Below, piece by piece: positions 1-13,105 of a DNA stretch of 64,000 nt. Position 1 is the stretch's first letter. Every line of letters begins with the position of its first letter. The translations under genes and the position numbers were made by a program. This DNA comes from Paramecium tetraurelia. Taxonomy: Eukaryota. Where the stretch lies: NCBI GenBank assembly GCA_000165425.1, contig CT868208.1, forward strand, positions 124,001 to 188,000. The letters run 5' to 3'. The notes below the pieces were generated by a model. The model ran no database searches, had not been told where the DNA came from, and saw only the letters and a list, made by a program, of their open reading frames with translations.

Positions 1-495
1 GAAATTTGGAGTCATGCAATTTACATTCGCTTGCTTTGAAAACAGTTTGCTGACTACAAACAAGCTGAAGTTATCGGCCATGGTTCTTCCCTATATAATA
101 AAATAATGCTCGTATTTGTCATAATAGAAATTATCATACCTGTACAAGGGTTCATTAATTTTTTACTTAAAAACCAGTCTGTTTTTTTAAAATACAACTA
201 TTCTATCAGTGCAAACAAAAAGTAGTAAATGAACATTGTGCAATTTGATGAATCTGAAATGATATACAATTATTTTTGAGTATCTGGTGAACAATTTTTG
301 TCTTAACACATAATTTAAATGTCCATTTTCTGTATTATATACATAAATTTGCTCCTTGTTCATTAAAGCTAATTAATTGTCCATATTGCAAAATTAGGTT
401 ATTTGTTTATTTTCAACCTCCTTCTCTATACGTTTCTCTGCTCTTTTCTTACTAAATTGGCATTTTCGTTTAATCCTTTCAAATATCTAACTCAT
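1..495 (-). CDS. Hypothetical protein, 5' part (runs off window start)
   Basis: ATG at 495 (MSQIFERIKRKCQFSRKRAEKRIEKE). Downstream exon DKYEHYFIIQGRTMADNFSLFVVSKLF is open in ciliate code. Internal intron structure not fully resolved. Confidence 0.5.
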
Positions 496-865
496 AATTT
501 TAGTTATTATTTCCTAAATTAATCACTTATATTAATTAAACATAGTTAAACCCAAACTAAGTTAAAATTGAAGTCAAATTGTAAGTATATTTATTCTCAT
601 CTATTTCTTAATAAATATATTTTATTAATTTTTTATCAAAATACTCCTAATCCTTAATTGTAAATCAATATAAATTTATTGGTTATCGTTAATATATTCA
701 GAATGCAAAAGAACATCATTTAGAATTGTTTCTTTAAAGTGCAATGGTAAACTTATTTTAAGGTAATTGATAATAAACATTTATAATAATAAGTGAAAAA
801 TTAATATTTACGGTTATTTTATTTACAAATTAATGCTTAAAAATTATAATTGTTATAGATTATCA

Positions 866-2834
866 TCAAAGTGGAGTTTCTGGCTTTGATTTAGAGTCTA
901 AATTCGCTTTTATTTTCTTGTTAAGATCCTGACCCTGAATCGCCATGTTAAACAGCATCTAATTCTTGATGTTCTTCTTTTTCATGAAGCTATTTGGCTC
1001 CATGATGTTGTCCCTTATTAATTGAGTGTTTAATAATTATAAGATCAAGAATGAGGGTAATAGTAAATATAACTAAGTTAGCGAGATTGTAAGACCAAGC
1101 AGATTTAGTTAAATCACTTTCCAAATTCGTAAATAAGTAGTCACTAACAGGATCAGATACACACCCATCATCATTAATTTATTTAATGATCTTTCTTTTG
1201 CCATCTATGATAGCAAAGGAGACTATTATTACAATTATTTCAGCTACTTATAATAGTATTTTGAATCCTATTTCTGTTAAGAAAATATAATTATATTAAG
1301 ATTAAGGACGAGCTAAAGATGATAGCAAATAATTTATTACTTGCCATACAAGACCATGCGAAATTACAAGCAGTCATTGTACCAATAACATTAAACAAGA
1401 GACCAATGACTAAGAAATAGGTGATAGTAACACCCAATTGGACTCTTAAGGCTGTGTAAACATAGTGCAAAGTGTCCCCTTCTTATATAACTTGGTCAAA
1501 GAAATCGCCTCGACATTGAGGGGACCAAGGAATATAAGTTTTAGCGTTTAGAGTCCAATTAAATTTTGGATCTATGTTGAAATAAGGCAATTTTTCAGAC
1601 AGATAAATTACATTGTTGGAGAGATAGAATTATTCTTCATCAATCGAATGAATAATTTAGAAGTTTGGATCATTATTCTCACATAACTATCTTCTTGATA
1701 ACATTAAAGGATAATCAAACCTATTAGGTGAAATATTCTAGTCTAAATTTCTTCTACATATTTTATCACCTTCAGTCACTCTGAATTGTACTAGTGGTAA
1801 ACCTGACGTATTTTTAATAAAATAAAAGTAGAATCCCGCTCCCAATGAAACAATATCTCCAACTTTTGTATTGTTTATTTATGTTAAATTTTGATGATCT
1901 GCATTAGTAGTAAATCCTATTTCTGTTATGGGACAACTCATGTTTTCAGGAACACAAAAGATGTTGTCTCCATTCCCACAAGTGATCTAATTTTATGATT
2001 AACAATTAGTTTTGTTTGATTATAAATTAATTCCTACTTATCTTCTTGCACACAATACAAAAGCTATTAATAATCTTATAAGTTCTTACGTCTTCCAAAA
2101 GAACCATCGTTCCAAGAATTGAACACTTTCGATTGTTGTACATTCACTGTATTGCAATTCTTTGATAGCAAATCTTGACTGCAAATACGGCCAAGCATAA
2201 AAGATTCCCTGAAAAACCCATCAATATTTAAAGCTGTTAAAGTAGAGAAATTGTATCCCTTACTACAATCGCATCCTATTCTAGTACCCGGCCAATTATA
2301 TTCAAAAAGCGAAGAATACTAAGGTAATCAAAAGATTATTACTTGGCTCCCAAATTAAGTCTTACAATTTTTATTTGTATAAGTAAACCGTATATCATCT
2401 ATGGTATCCGACTTCACATTATCTATGAACTGTTAGTAATCTTCTTAAGAAACTGTTTGATCTCTATAGGACACAATGCTTAGAGCTAAAACAGTAATAC
2501 TAACAATAAAGAAATAAGCCTAATATGCTAATTTGATTTTATCAATTGGCTTTTTTCTCAGTAATCTTTTTAATCTTCTTGCTGAAATCAATTTATCCTC
2601 CTTTTCCTTCCTTTTCTTTTTTCTGATTGTATCTCTCCTCATCATCTTTGAATCCTCTTCATCTTACTTATTATTCGCCGTTTTTCTCATCTAATGAACA
2701 ATCACATCTTTTGGAGTTTAATGTTAACCATCAATATCAAAAACCTGCCCATTTTCTTTTACATCTTACAAAAGAGATTATTCTTGATCTGGCTACTCTA
2801 AACGATGGTCTATGTTCTTTTCTTGATCTGCCAT
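866..2834 (-). CDS. Ciliate-type multi-pass membrane protein with Cys-rich extracellular domain
   Basis: MADQEKEHRPSF start, TM segment AYFFIVSITVLALSIV, WPGTRIGCDC motif, several C-terminal hydrophobic helices, stop PETPL-TGA at 866-868. Confidence 0.7.
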
Positions 2835-4070
2835 TAATTTTAATAATATAATAGGAATTATAAGTGAAAAATGCCTTTCTTAAAATACATGGTAAGAATC
2901 TTTATTACTTTATTTATTTAATATACTTCTTAATCATTCACTCATTTTTTTATTAATATATAAATTGTATGACTTATTAAAGCAAAAAATTACCATTAAG
3001 TACTCTGTTAATACTTCTTTGATCTTTCTACTTTAATTTCAAGACGAAAGAAATTTATTTTATGTTATAAACTCACAATATTGTTAAAAATTAGATTGTT
3101 TGTTGAATAACTCGAATCCTATTTTTGTATCTTTGCCTAGCAATGCGTGATGTTTTATCATATTTATTATACGTTCTCCATTTCTTCATTCTTAGAAGCA
3201 TAACTAAATCAGTTAATCAGTTAATTTTTCATAAATTTTCAAATGAATTTCTATTATTTAAACATACTTTATTTGTAATTCCATCTTTCAGTTAATCCCT
3301 AAGTGCTTTCTCCTCCTATCATTTTTCTAATCTGCTAATTTTCAATTGAAAATATTATTATTCTTTGTTTTTCCATACCATTATATTTCAAAACTACTTA
3401 TATTTTTATTTCGAATTACCCTTCCATCTATGATATTGTTCACTTATACCTAATAATGCTATCAATGATTCAATTATAGAGAGAATAACAAGTACAATAG
3501 GATACTTTTATTATTGGGATCAACCTAAAATTTTATGAATTTTTATATCTACAAAGTTAACTATAATGGGAGTTCTTCAAAATTAATTTAATAGCTGGCT
3601 ATTTTAGTTCATTCTCCTTTGTTTGCTCAAGTTAAACACGGTTTAATTCATTTTTATTCTATTCTTGATATAATAACATTTAAAAACCTCGAATAAACTA
3701 TTTTTATGATTAATTCTATGAATTCATAAACTTGGAGATGACTAGTTTAAAACTTAAGGATAAAACCATCTACTAATGCTTGTTTTTATTCATTTAATTA
3801 TGATAGACTTATCAAATTTCATGATTTAGTGAAAAATCTTAAAATTTAACTAAATTACTAATAAATTAACCTTACTTTAGTTATATATTAATAAATTGAA
3901 GTAACTTTATAGATTAAGCTATAACCTAATAACTCTCTTAGTTAAACAGAGTGAAAATAATTTCATTCACTAGATCAGTGTTAAAACCTATTATAATAAT
4001 TATAATTATTTAAGTGAGAAATTGATGAATTGAAATGAAGGAGATTTTTATAGTATTAAAATAATGATTA

Positions 4071-5160
4071 TCATCTTCCACCTTTCCACCATGAGGGCAT
4101 CAAATGTTTTAATGGTTGTTTTCCGAATATGTTCTCTTCTTCTGGAGTGAATTGCCATAGTTTGTTTGGGACTTCTTCGTTTTTCAATTCTCTCAAATCA
4201 TTGAAGAAGGGATGCATTAAGGCCATAAAGGGTTTGATTCTCTGTTGAGGTTAATAACTGGAAATACAGAAAAGAATTACGTAACCATCTTCTTAATCAA
4301 ATCAATGAATTACGGATCTGGTTTATATTTTAGAAAGACTTTAGACCAAGGATGCCCTTTGACTTAAGGAAATTTAAAATCTGTATTAGAAACATTGAAT
4401 TCTACAATATCAGCAGCAGTGGGAGTTCCAAGGACCTTCATAATTTCAACTAATTGATCTACTGAACTTTCTCCTGGAAAGAGAGGTTCTAATAGGATGA
4501 GTTCTGCAAAGACACATCCTAACGACCAGATGTCAATGCTTGTAGAGTAATCAGTGGCTCCGAATATCAACTCAGGGGCCCTGTAATGTCTGGAACATAA
4601 ATAGGAAGTATTAATTTATCCTCCTGAAATGATTTTGGCAGATCCAAAGTCACAATATTTGACAGTTGTTCCATCGATTAAGATGTTTTGAGGCTTGATG
4701 TCTCGATGTGCCATTCCTTTTCCATGAATGAAGGCGAGACCTCGTAGTAATTGATAGGTGATAATTTGTAACTAAATTTGAGTCAATTGTTGCTTCTGTT
4801 TCTTGAGATTCCTCAAATAGTCGGATAAATTATCAGGCATGTATTCCATTACATAATTAATATAGACCTCTTCACTAAGTGGATTATTTTGTATAATTTA
4901 TACTTCTAACCAACAACGTAGAATGCATCTTTCAAAGCAACGATGTTTGGGTGTTCTCCCAGCAATTTTAAGTTTGCAAGTTCTCTGTTTTTATATTTCT
5001 TATCAATGGGAGCTTTCTTTATTGCAACTCTCTCTCCGCTCTCTTAGACGGAGGCCAAATAACTTTCATAGGATAGAATATTGGTTTACACTATAGCAAA
5101 TGCACCTTCGCCCACTCTTTTTTCTACTGCATAACTCTAGAGATTCTCACTATTTTTCAT
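4071..5160 (-). CDS. GSK3: GSK3/shaggy-like Ser/Thr kinase
   Basis: [68 protein letters not shown]. Tiny introns. Confidence 0.92.
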
Positions 5161-5173
5161 AATATTTTTATTA

Positions 5174-5470
5174 ATGGAATAGGAAAATAGAATAGAAATC
5201 AAATCTTGGCAAGCTGTTGGAGTTTGGAGATGGAATATAAAGGATGACAGATGTGCAATTGACAAACAGAGTCTGTTTGGACAATGTTTGGAATGTGAAG
5301 CCAACCAAGTTCAAGACGAAGTATGAGCATTTAAATAAATACATTAGTGTAAGATTGTGCAAGGACTCTGCAATCATGGATTTCATAAGCATTGCATTGA
5401 CAGATGGCTAAAATAAAGCAATACTTGTCCACTTTGTAATAAAGAATGGAGTGATTCTAAAATATTATGA
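5174..5470 (+). CDS. RBX1/RBX2-type RING-H2 cullin ligase subunit
   Basis: EIKSWQAVGVWRWNI..CAIDKQSL..CLECEANQ [intron] C..GLCNHGFHKHCIDRWLK..CPLC. Confidence 0.85.
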
Positions 5471-5519
5471 ATTTATTTAGTTTTCAGACATAATATTAAA
5501 AAAATACGTTTTTATATAT

Positions 5520-6625
5520 ATGATCACTTTTTTCCTCTTCTTGCCTATTCAAATCTTGGCTTTTACATATGAATAATAACAGCAACTCCTTTCCGACGAC
5601 GTAGATTTTTATTTGGATTACAATTCAGGAAACATTTTTGATTATGCATTCACAGAAATGATAGGCTAGGGTGCCTTCTCTGAAGTGTACTTGGGATATA
5701 GAGTCGAAGACTAGGAACCAGTAGTTTTAAAACATATCAAGGGCAGCCGAGAAAAGGTTGTTAATAGGGAAATCCAAATACTCAAAGCACTATAAGGATT
5801 ACCTAATATCGTTTAGATTATAGATGCAATCAAGGGAGATGAGGAAGACTCAGATGAATTTTTTGAATTAGGATTAGATAATCCGAATCAAGAAACACCT
5901 TAAATGGAAACCAAGAAATCTCCTCATAAGGAAGATCATATTGAAGCCACTATCATATTTGCTTATTAAAATACTACTCGCTGTTTAGATGATATTCGTA
6001 AAAGCGGAAATTATACTCTACAATAAGTAAAACATTACTTTAAACAAATATTTACTGCTTTGAATAAGGCTCACGAATTGCATATCATGCATAGGGATAT
6101 CAAAGGATCAAATATTCTGGTCGATGACAACAATAACATTATATTAATTGATTGGGGTTTGAGTCAGTTTTATGATGAAGGAAGAAGATAATCTACCAAA
6201 ATGGGTACTAGATATTATAAGGCACCGGAATTATTATTGAAATACAGAGAGTATGATTACTCAATTGATGTTTGGGCTGTTGGATGCATGCTAGCAGATT
6301 TCATTTTTAAAACTCACCCATTGCTACCTGGAAAGGATAATGATGATTAATTAAAGAAAATCATCTCTATGTTGGGAACTAATGATCTGTTTGAATACAT
6401 TAAAAAATATCATATTGAGTTGGAATTGGATGAAATTCCTTAGGTTTAGGAGAGACTAGATTTCATGAAATTGGTCAATAAGAAGAACTTCAACTTAGTT
6501 AGCAAGGAGGGAATCGACCTGTTGGAAAAGATCTTTATTTATGATCATGTATATAATTAATCTAATTTGTATAGAAATTAAGAATAAATGCAAGTTAAGC
6601 CCTAGAACATGCATTCTTCTTATGA
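5520..6625 (+). CDS. Divergent casein kinase 2 alpha-like kinase with hydrophobic N-terminus
   Basis: GQGAFSEVY, HRDIKGSN, CK2-type IDWGL, GTRYYKAPELL..YDYSIDVWAVGCMLA, GKDNDDQL. One intron near the 3' end. Confidence 0.85.
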
Positions 6626-6700
6626 TTTAATTAAATATATTATTTTTAAAGTATATATATAATTTAATTAATAAAACGTGTTGAATAATTAAATTAATAC

Positions 6701-7853
6701 ATGAGTTAAGTGTCTCAAAGATAGAGAAGTCCATCTCCCTAATCTCCAGAAAAGGTAGCCTAAAGAGAGAAAGCAGCTTAAGCTATGAAAAGACGTAACC
6801 AAACATAGCCAAGCTTTTTCGAAAAATACGCCTATCATTTGGTCATAGGAGCATTCGGATTTGTTTGTGTCTATGCTTTGTTTTCCATTTTGACACGATC
6901 GAGCAAGAAATTAACGACAGCTCCTGTTATAGATGAAGAGGAAATAGCTGCACACAATTCTTTAGGATCCTATCTCTAAGGGCCAAATGATTTCTTCAAA
7001 GATTGGAAATTCAGTGATGCTAAATTTATCTTCAACAATCATTTAACATTCAAAGGAAAAATCTAACAATGCCCTGAAAGCGGTGTCATAATCCCAGAGA
7101 GCTACAATTTCAGAGAAGCCTAACCAGAATGTGCATAACCAATCTACTTCTAGGGTATTAATTATTGTAAATATGTATAGGAAATTGCTCATCCAGTTAT
7201 TCAATTGCTGCAGTATCAGCCACAAGTGATAGATTATGCAAATCAAAGAATGGAGAATTCTAAGACCAATTGTCACCATAATCCCCAATCTCATGTGATG
7301 ACAAGAACTACAAATGTGGAGGAGGTAGTGTAACAAGAGTCTTGGAAGTTGGTAAGAAACAAGGATTTGTTTCAACCTCATGTTTACCATACAGTGGAAC
7401 AGAAGATGCCAAAAACAATTGTGATGCTCTTTTCTCAAATTGTGAAAAATATAAGATCCATGATTACTGTGTTGTCTCAGGTGAGGAAAACATCAAAAGA
7501 GAAATATTGAACAATGGTCCAATTGTTGCTGTCATCTAAGTCTTCAAAGATTTCCTTGTTTACAAAGGAGGAGTCTATGAAGTTGTCGAAGGAAGTTCAA
7601 AGTATACTTATCTATTAAATAATTAGATTCCAATATGGACATGCAGTCAAAGTTATTGGTTGGGGTAAATAAGATGGAGTCAACTATTGGGTCATTGAAA
7701 ATTCTTGGGGAGACACTTGGGGATTGAAAGGATTAGCCTATGTTGCTGTTGGTATTCAAATTAACCATATTTTTAGGTCAAAACTAATTACAATTAGAAG
7801 CATATTCAGTTGCTCCAATCGTAGCAGCTTCTACCGAAAAAAGTGCAGAGTGA
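6701..7853 (+). CDS. Membrane-anchored cathepsin B-like papain-family protein, catalytic Cys replaced by Ser
   Basis: N-terminal TM (YAYHLVIGAFGFVCVYALFSIL), PESYNFRE, QGNCSSSYSIAA, NNGPIV, GHAVKVIGWG, IENSWG. Three tiny introns. Confidence 0.88.
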
Positions 7854-7950
7854 GTTTAACATATTGTCTACATTAGTATTAATTATATTAATCAATTTTA
7901 TAATATTGTTTGATGAATTAAAATTTCTTTTAAGAATGTCAATGTTATTA

Positions 7951-10247
7951 TCATTATAATTCTTTTTGTAGAATCTAATATGCAAAATTACAGATTTCAG
8001 TAAACATCAATGCCATGCTCTGTAAAGTTTCTCCTGGTTGTAACAATTTGCGAACTTCAATTGATTTATCTAATTAGAATAAATTTATGCATTACTATTT
8101 TATTATAATTGTGCACTCTGGTTCAATACAATTTATAAGACTCCAAAGGCCAAAGGCAATGTAAAAATTGGCAACCCACTAGTCATGTCTACTGATTGAT
8201 GAAATGAATGGTGTTGTTTGATATTACCAATTAGTAATGCCTCTTGTGTTTTTGCTACGTAACCAATTACTCCTATGTCTGAACTATATTCTGTAGTATG
8301 CATATCATCTTTATAAGTATAAATGATCCCTTAACTAAAGAAGAAAAATTTGCTGTTGGCCACTCCAAAGAGAGTTTCAGCATGACTTTCAATTGATTTT
8401 TATAACTTATATTTTGACTTCTGCTTTGACAATTCAGTAAATGCTTCAAATAAGAGATTTTTGTATCTCAATTGATAATTGATAAGTTTAAACTACAATA
8501 CTTTATCTATAATTGATAGTAATAATTGTGAAATCAGCAATCCAAGATATTTTGCATCTTATTTTTTATTATTTAGATTTTCCAATGTTACAATTCCAAT
8601 CAATCTACTATCAGTTAACAATGGGATCAGATAACAATCCTTTGCGAATTTAGCAGTATTAATATTTCTATAAACAAATGCTTATTATTTATAAATAGGC
8701 TATGATGATTTAACGACATTCAAAAATTCATCCGCATCAATATATGCATTGACCAATTCATTTTTTTAATTATAAGTGTAAAATGTAGCAGTCTATTGAT
8801 CTATCAGCCACAATTAAATCAATTCACAATTAAATAACTATGAATCAGAACTCAGTCTCTGCATTATTACTTCAATCTAATCAATTTTCAATAATTGTTT
8901 GATCAAATTAATTAGACTATTAACACTTTCTCCTAGATTCTTATACTACACAAACAAATCCATAAAGATGCTAATTTAATCCACTTGATGTTGTTGATCC
9001 ATTTAAAATAATTAGTCAATGGCTTATTTGATACCACAATCTAATAAATCTTGCACTAAATTCCTTTGTCTCAATTTCAAATTATTTAATTTAAAATCTA
9101 ATTTATTAGGCAAATTCACTTGCTAAAAGATATCTAAAGCCTCATCGTCTGGATCATTTGATTCCACTATAGTCTTTTGACCCACAGTGTTTCCATTCAA
9201 ATCATAAGCTGAATACCCTAATAATTTTAATTGTTTCTCCAACAACATATTCCTCTTCTGTAGTTTTTGATTCTTTTCCTTTAAATCTTAGACTGCTTGT
9301 TCCAACTTTGAAACCTCCTGAGACTTTTAGAATGCCTTTCGTTTATTAGCTTCATTCTCCTTTAACATGTCTTCTATAATATTTCTTAATGAGTCTTTGT
9401 CCTAAAAAAATAAAAAGAACAATACTTTTTTATAATCACTGCCACTTAAGACCTCCAATCTTTATTCCAAAGTAAACACTCTTCTTTGGTTGAATTAATT
9501 TTAACTAGCCTCTTTTCTCAATGTTTTCTTAAAAACTTGAGTTTCCTCATTTGTATGTTATAAATGTTGCTTTATGGATTGCATATTTTTTTCAGTATAC
9601 TCATTCTACTTTTGTACTATCTCAAATTAGTTTTGCAATTTAGCATACTTTAATTTCATGTTCTATAGATCTCTATATAACTTATTAGAATCTAATTCTG
9701 TAACTTAAGCTTATTACAATGATTCTTATAAAGATTAGACTATTTTTTTGAGATTGAAGAGATCTGCTTCTTTAAGGATTTTAAGTTAATCAACCAATGA
9801 ATCTGCTTGTTGTAATCGTTACTAACAAAGATGCAAATGGGTCTATTGCATCCTATAGATATCATTCATTGAATTTGAATAGTTTATAAACTCACTGATT
9901 ATATTGTTGTCAACCTTGTCTTTGAATGAATTGATCAAGTCATCTAAATAGCCATGCATAAAATGCTATCCCTAAGGTTTCCTTGACTTTACCTATCTAA
10001 TTTACAGGTATTTCCTCTATAACTAATCCAATTAAGCCTCTTTCTATTGTAATAGACTATGCAAAGATTATGTGCTTGACCCTAATCATCATACTTACTT
10101 ATCAATATTAGAATCTGATTCAAAATACATTTTACTAGTTTAGATCGGCCTTTAATCTACTCTTGCACTTTGTTTTCTCATCGATGGTGGAACACTAATC
10201 AAATCAAAGTAATGGTTTGTCTATAATTCTAAAACTTGAGGTTGCAT
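7951..10247 (-). CDS. Coiled-coil protein with C-terminal GAF-like domains
   Basis: Long Q/E/K heptad region, then YLIPLLTDSRLIGIVTL and IGVIGYVAKTQEALLIGNIKQHHSFHQSVDMTSGLPIFTLPL. 3' end approximate. Confidence 0.65.
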
Positions 10248-10757
10248 GAAATTTTGGATTATAAAATTATTATATATTTATGTGAAAACAACCAGATTAA
10301 TCAGAACCAATCTATATTAATAAATAATTCGATTTGCTAAAATTACTATCCAATAAACATTTAATTTTTCTCAAACCAATCAACTCTTAAATTGCCTCCT
10401 GTTCTTATTTGAATACCATAGCAAAATAGCACTAATGTAGGCTTGATAATCTTTACTATAAATTAAAGTAAAAGGACATACATAAAGATTAATTTATAGT
10501 GATAATCCTTTAATATATTAATTAGAAAAAGTAATTGAGATAAATATATATTAAAGAATAATTTGATAAATTGATCAATTAAGATTTATGGCACTCCTAA
10601 TATAAGAGAGTCTATAAATCCCTCTTCAAAATTAAATATTATATTTATAGCTTATTTGGCCAAAAACCTGAATTTATATCTTATCCTTGGAAGTATGAAG
10701 TATCGCTTGATTTTATTTTAAAGAATTATTTGATAAACATATTAATTTAATTTTACA

Positions 10758-11051
10758 ATGATTAGAATATAAAGATGTACCGGGGATGAAGAGATTTAGT
10801 AAGAAAAGGATATTAACTAATGGTTTGAAAGAATGTATACAGAAATAAGTGCTAAACAATAAGAAACTAAATTAAGAACTGATAAATATAATGTTGAAAT
10901 AAAACCAAATCTAAAAAAACATAAAATCTGCTTTCGCGATGAGATCAATCCTGAAACTGGATTAGTGGATGTTAATATTGTTGAAAATTGGAAAGAATAT
11001 AATATTAACGAAAGAAATCCAGTAGATGATTGTTTTTGTTAAACCTCATGA
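10758..11051 (+). CDS. Small protein with RVxF-like motif and C-terminal CaaX-like end
   Basis: Intronless 97-codon ORF: RTDKYNVEIK..KHKICFRDE..VNIVENWKEYN..CFCQTS-TGA. Confidence 0.7.
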
Positions 11052-11725
11052 ATCTTATAAATATTTTATTATAAAAAAAACTAGTTTTTTAATTTAGAAT
11101 ATATCTTTGAAAACAAAGGACTTCAATATTTTAAGTTTTTATATAATCATTAATATCATTGTACTTAATTTATCAGTATTTTGTAAATATAAATTTTAAT
11201 GAATAAATCCGTGAAAAGTTAATTCTCTTTTTCGATTAAATAGTATAATCTTTCAGAGCAAATTGTCTTTATCCATCACTCCCTTAAATTGTTTTGAGAT
11301 TTTTAAGGTATTCAGAAAGATAAAGTGTATTATTTGAATAAATGAAACGATTTGCAAATTCAATTTGTGAATATGATTTTTTATGATTATTCTTAGGAAG
11401 CAAATATTCACTTCTGATACTTTATATGTCGAATTTTGTCTTGTTTATTAACTTATAAATGCTATAGTATTCAAAAATCTAATATATCATGATTAAGAAT
11501 ATTTCTAATTTAGAGAATTACAAATCTTACCTCCTCAAATTTTAATTCTGAAGAAAATTATTAGAATAACTAATTACAATAGCTTTTTGGCTATTTCTTT
11601 TTATTTTATTGATTATTTAATCTATTCTTAAAATATATGGTAATTGTGATTAAACCAGCATTTATTAATTATTTAATTCATTATGATAATAAAAAATATA
11701 TCATCAAATATAAAATCAAAAAAAT

Positions 11726-11806
11726 CGTCAGCTGCAGGATTCGAACCTGCGCGGGTAAACCCAGTGGATTTCAAGTCCACCGCCTTAACCACTCGGCCAA
11801 ACTGAC
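11726..11806 (-). tRNA. tRNA-Ser (anticodon UGA)
   Basis: Acceptor stem GTCAGTT/AGCTGAC, anticodon arm GTGGA-CTTGAAA-TCCAC, long variable arm, GTTCGAATC T-loop, discriminator G, downstream T7 terminator. Confidence 0.97.
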
Positions 11807-13105
11807 TCAGATTATACTTTTTATTTCATAACTTATATATTCTTGCTCAAATCGTCATAATGTTTCATTAGTGATTAAATATTTTTTAATAAAATCTAAA
11901 TACCAACCAATTTCTTAGTTTAAAAATCACCCTTATCATCTATATTTAAATTTTCAATCACTATAAATTAGTACAATTTGTAATATTTTGTTCTATATTC
12001 AAATGTACAGTTTTAAGTATAATTCAAAATTAAATTTGGATTTTAAATACTGAGACTGATAATAATATGGTTAATTGAGTTTGTCATAATATTAGGATTT
12101 CTATTTGAATATAAAAAGACAAAAGAGAAATCTTAATTTTTTTGATTCATTTTGATTGATGAGAATAATTAAAATTTCAGTAATTTTTATTAATCAAAAT
12201 ATAATCCCTTCTTATAGTTGGATAAATAATCCATAAATGAAATGGGAGCTGAAAATCCAAAAAATAAGTGATTTTGATCATAAATAAATTTATGGTGTGT
12301 ATTTTAGATCAGTCATAATTTGGATAGCTTCATAAATATTAGAATTTATTTAAGAAATTAATTATAGTTATAGAAATACACAGATAAGTAAAAATATTTT
12401 GATATTCATAATTTCAATAATAAATTTAATTTAAATGTGTTTAAATGGAATGTTACGATGATTGATAAATTGATATATTTTTTAATTGTTCAACTTATGA
12501 GAAAGATTTTGAAATTTAATAATTAAATTGCCAGATGATTCCCAAAGAATGAAAAAATATTTTCAATAAGATTTAGTTTATTTTATTATCTTTAAAATAC
12601 TATTTAATAAATATTTATGGGAGAGTAATGCAACTGTTTTCACTTTATACTGCTTTTTAATGTTTCCGTTATTACAGGGAAATAATGTAAATCAGCAGAT
12701 TTCTCATTTTCATATAATATTTCCAGTAGTTCCAAAAATTTAACAATAAATGAAAAAGTAATAATTTCTGAAGAGAGTCTACAAGTCTAATCAATTGAAT
12801 TAGATTTAACATTTTTTGAATTTGTTAGAAGGATTTTAATTGTCATTTGTTATTTCCATTATTTAATTGATTTGTTTTAAATAAGACGAAGTATACTGAT
12901 TATATTATGATTCTTTTTCTATTCAAAATAAAAAACAATATAAATGTTGCTGAAATAGTGATAGTTGTGAATTTAGGAGGGATCTTGAGAATTATATGAG
13001 TTCTGCTTCTGAAATTTGGATTGAATTATAATCTATAATTAAAATGGGATAATAGCAATCTTAATAATACAATTTCTTTTGGCCATAAAAGGGAGAAGTG
13101 TAATT

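Noticed and set aside
5601..5628. GT..AG intron at the 5' end of the CK2-like gene
   Set aside because: The unspliced sequence is in frame and aligns with the CK2 N-terminal segment. Splicing breaks the frame.
11726..11806. Stop-suppressor or selenocysteine tRNA
   Set aside because: Anticodon UGA reads Ser UCA codons. A UGA-decoding tRNA would have anticodon UCA.
11637..11831. 64 aa ORF in the supplied track
   Set aside because: It is the antisense of the tRNA-Ser gene plus AT-rich flank
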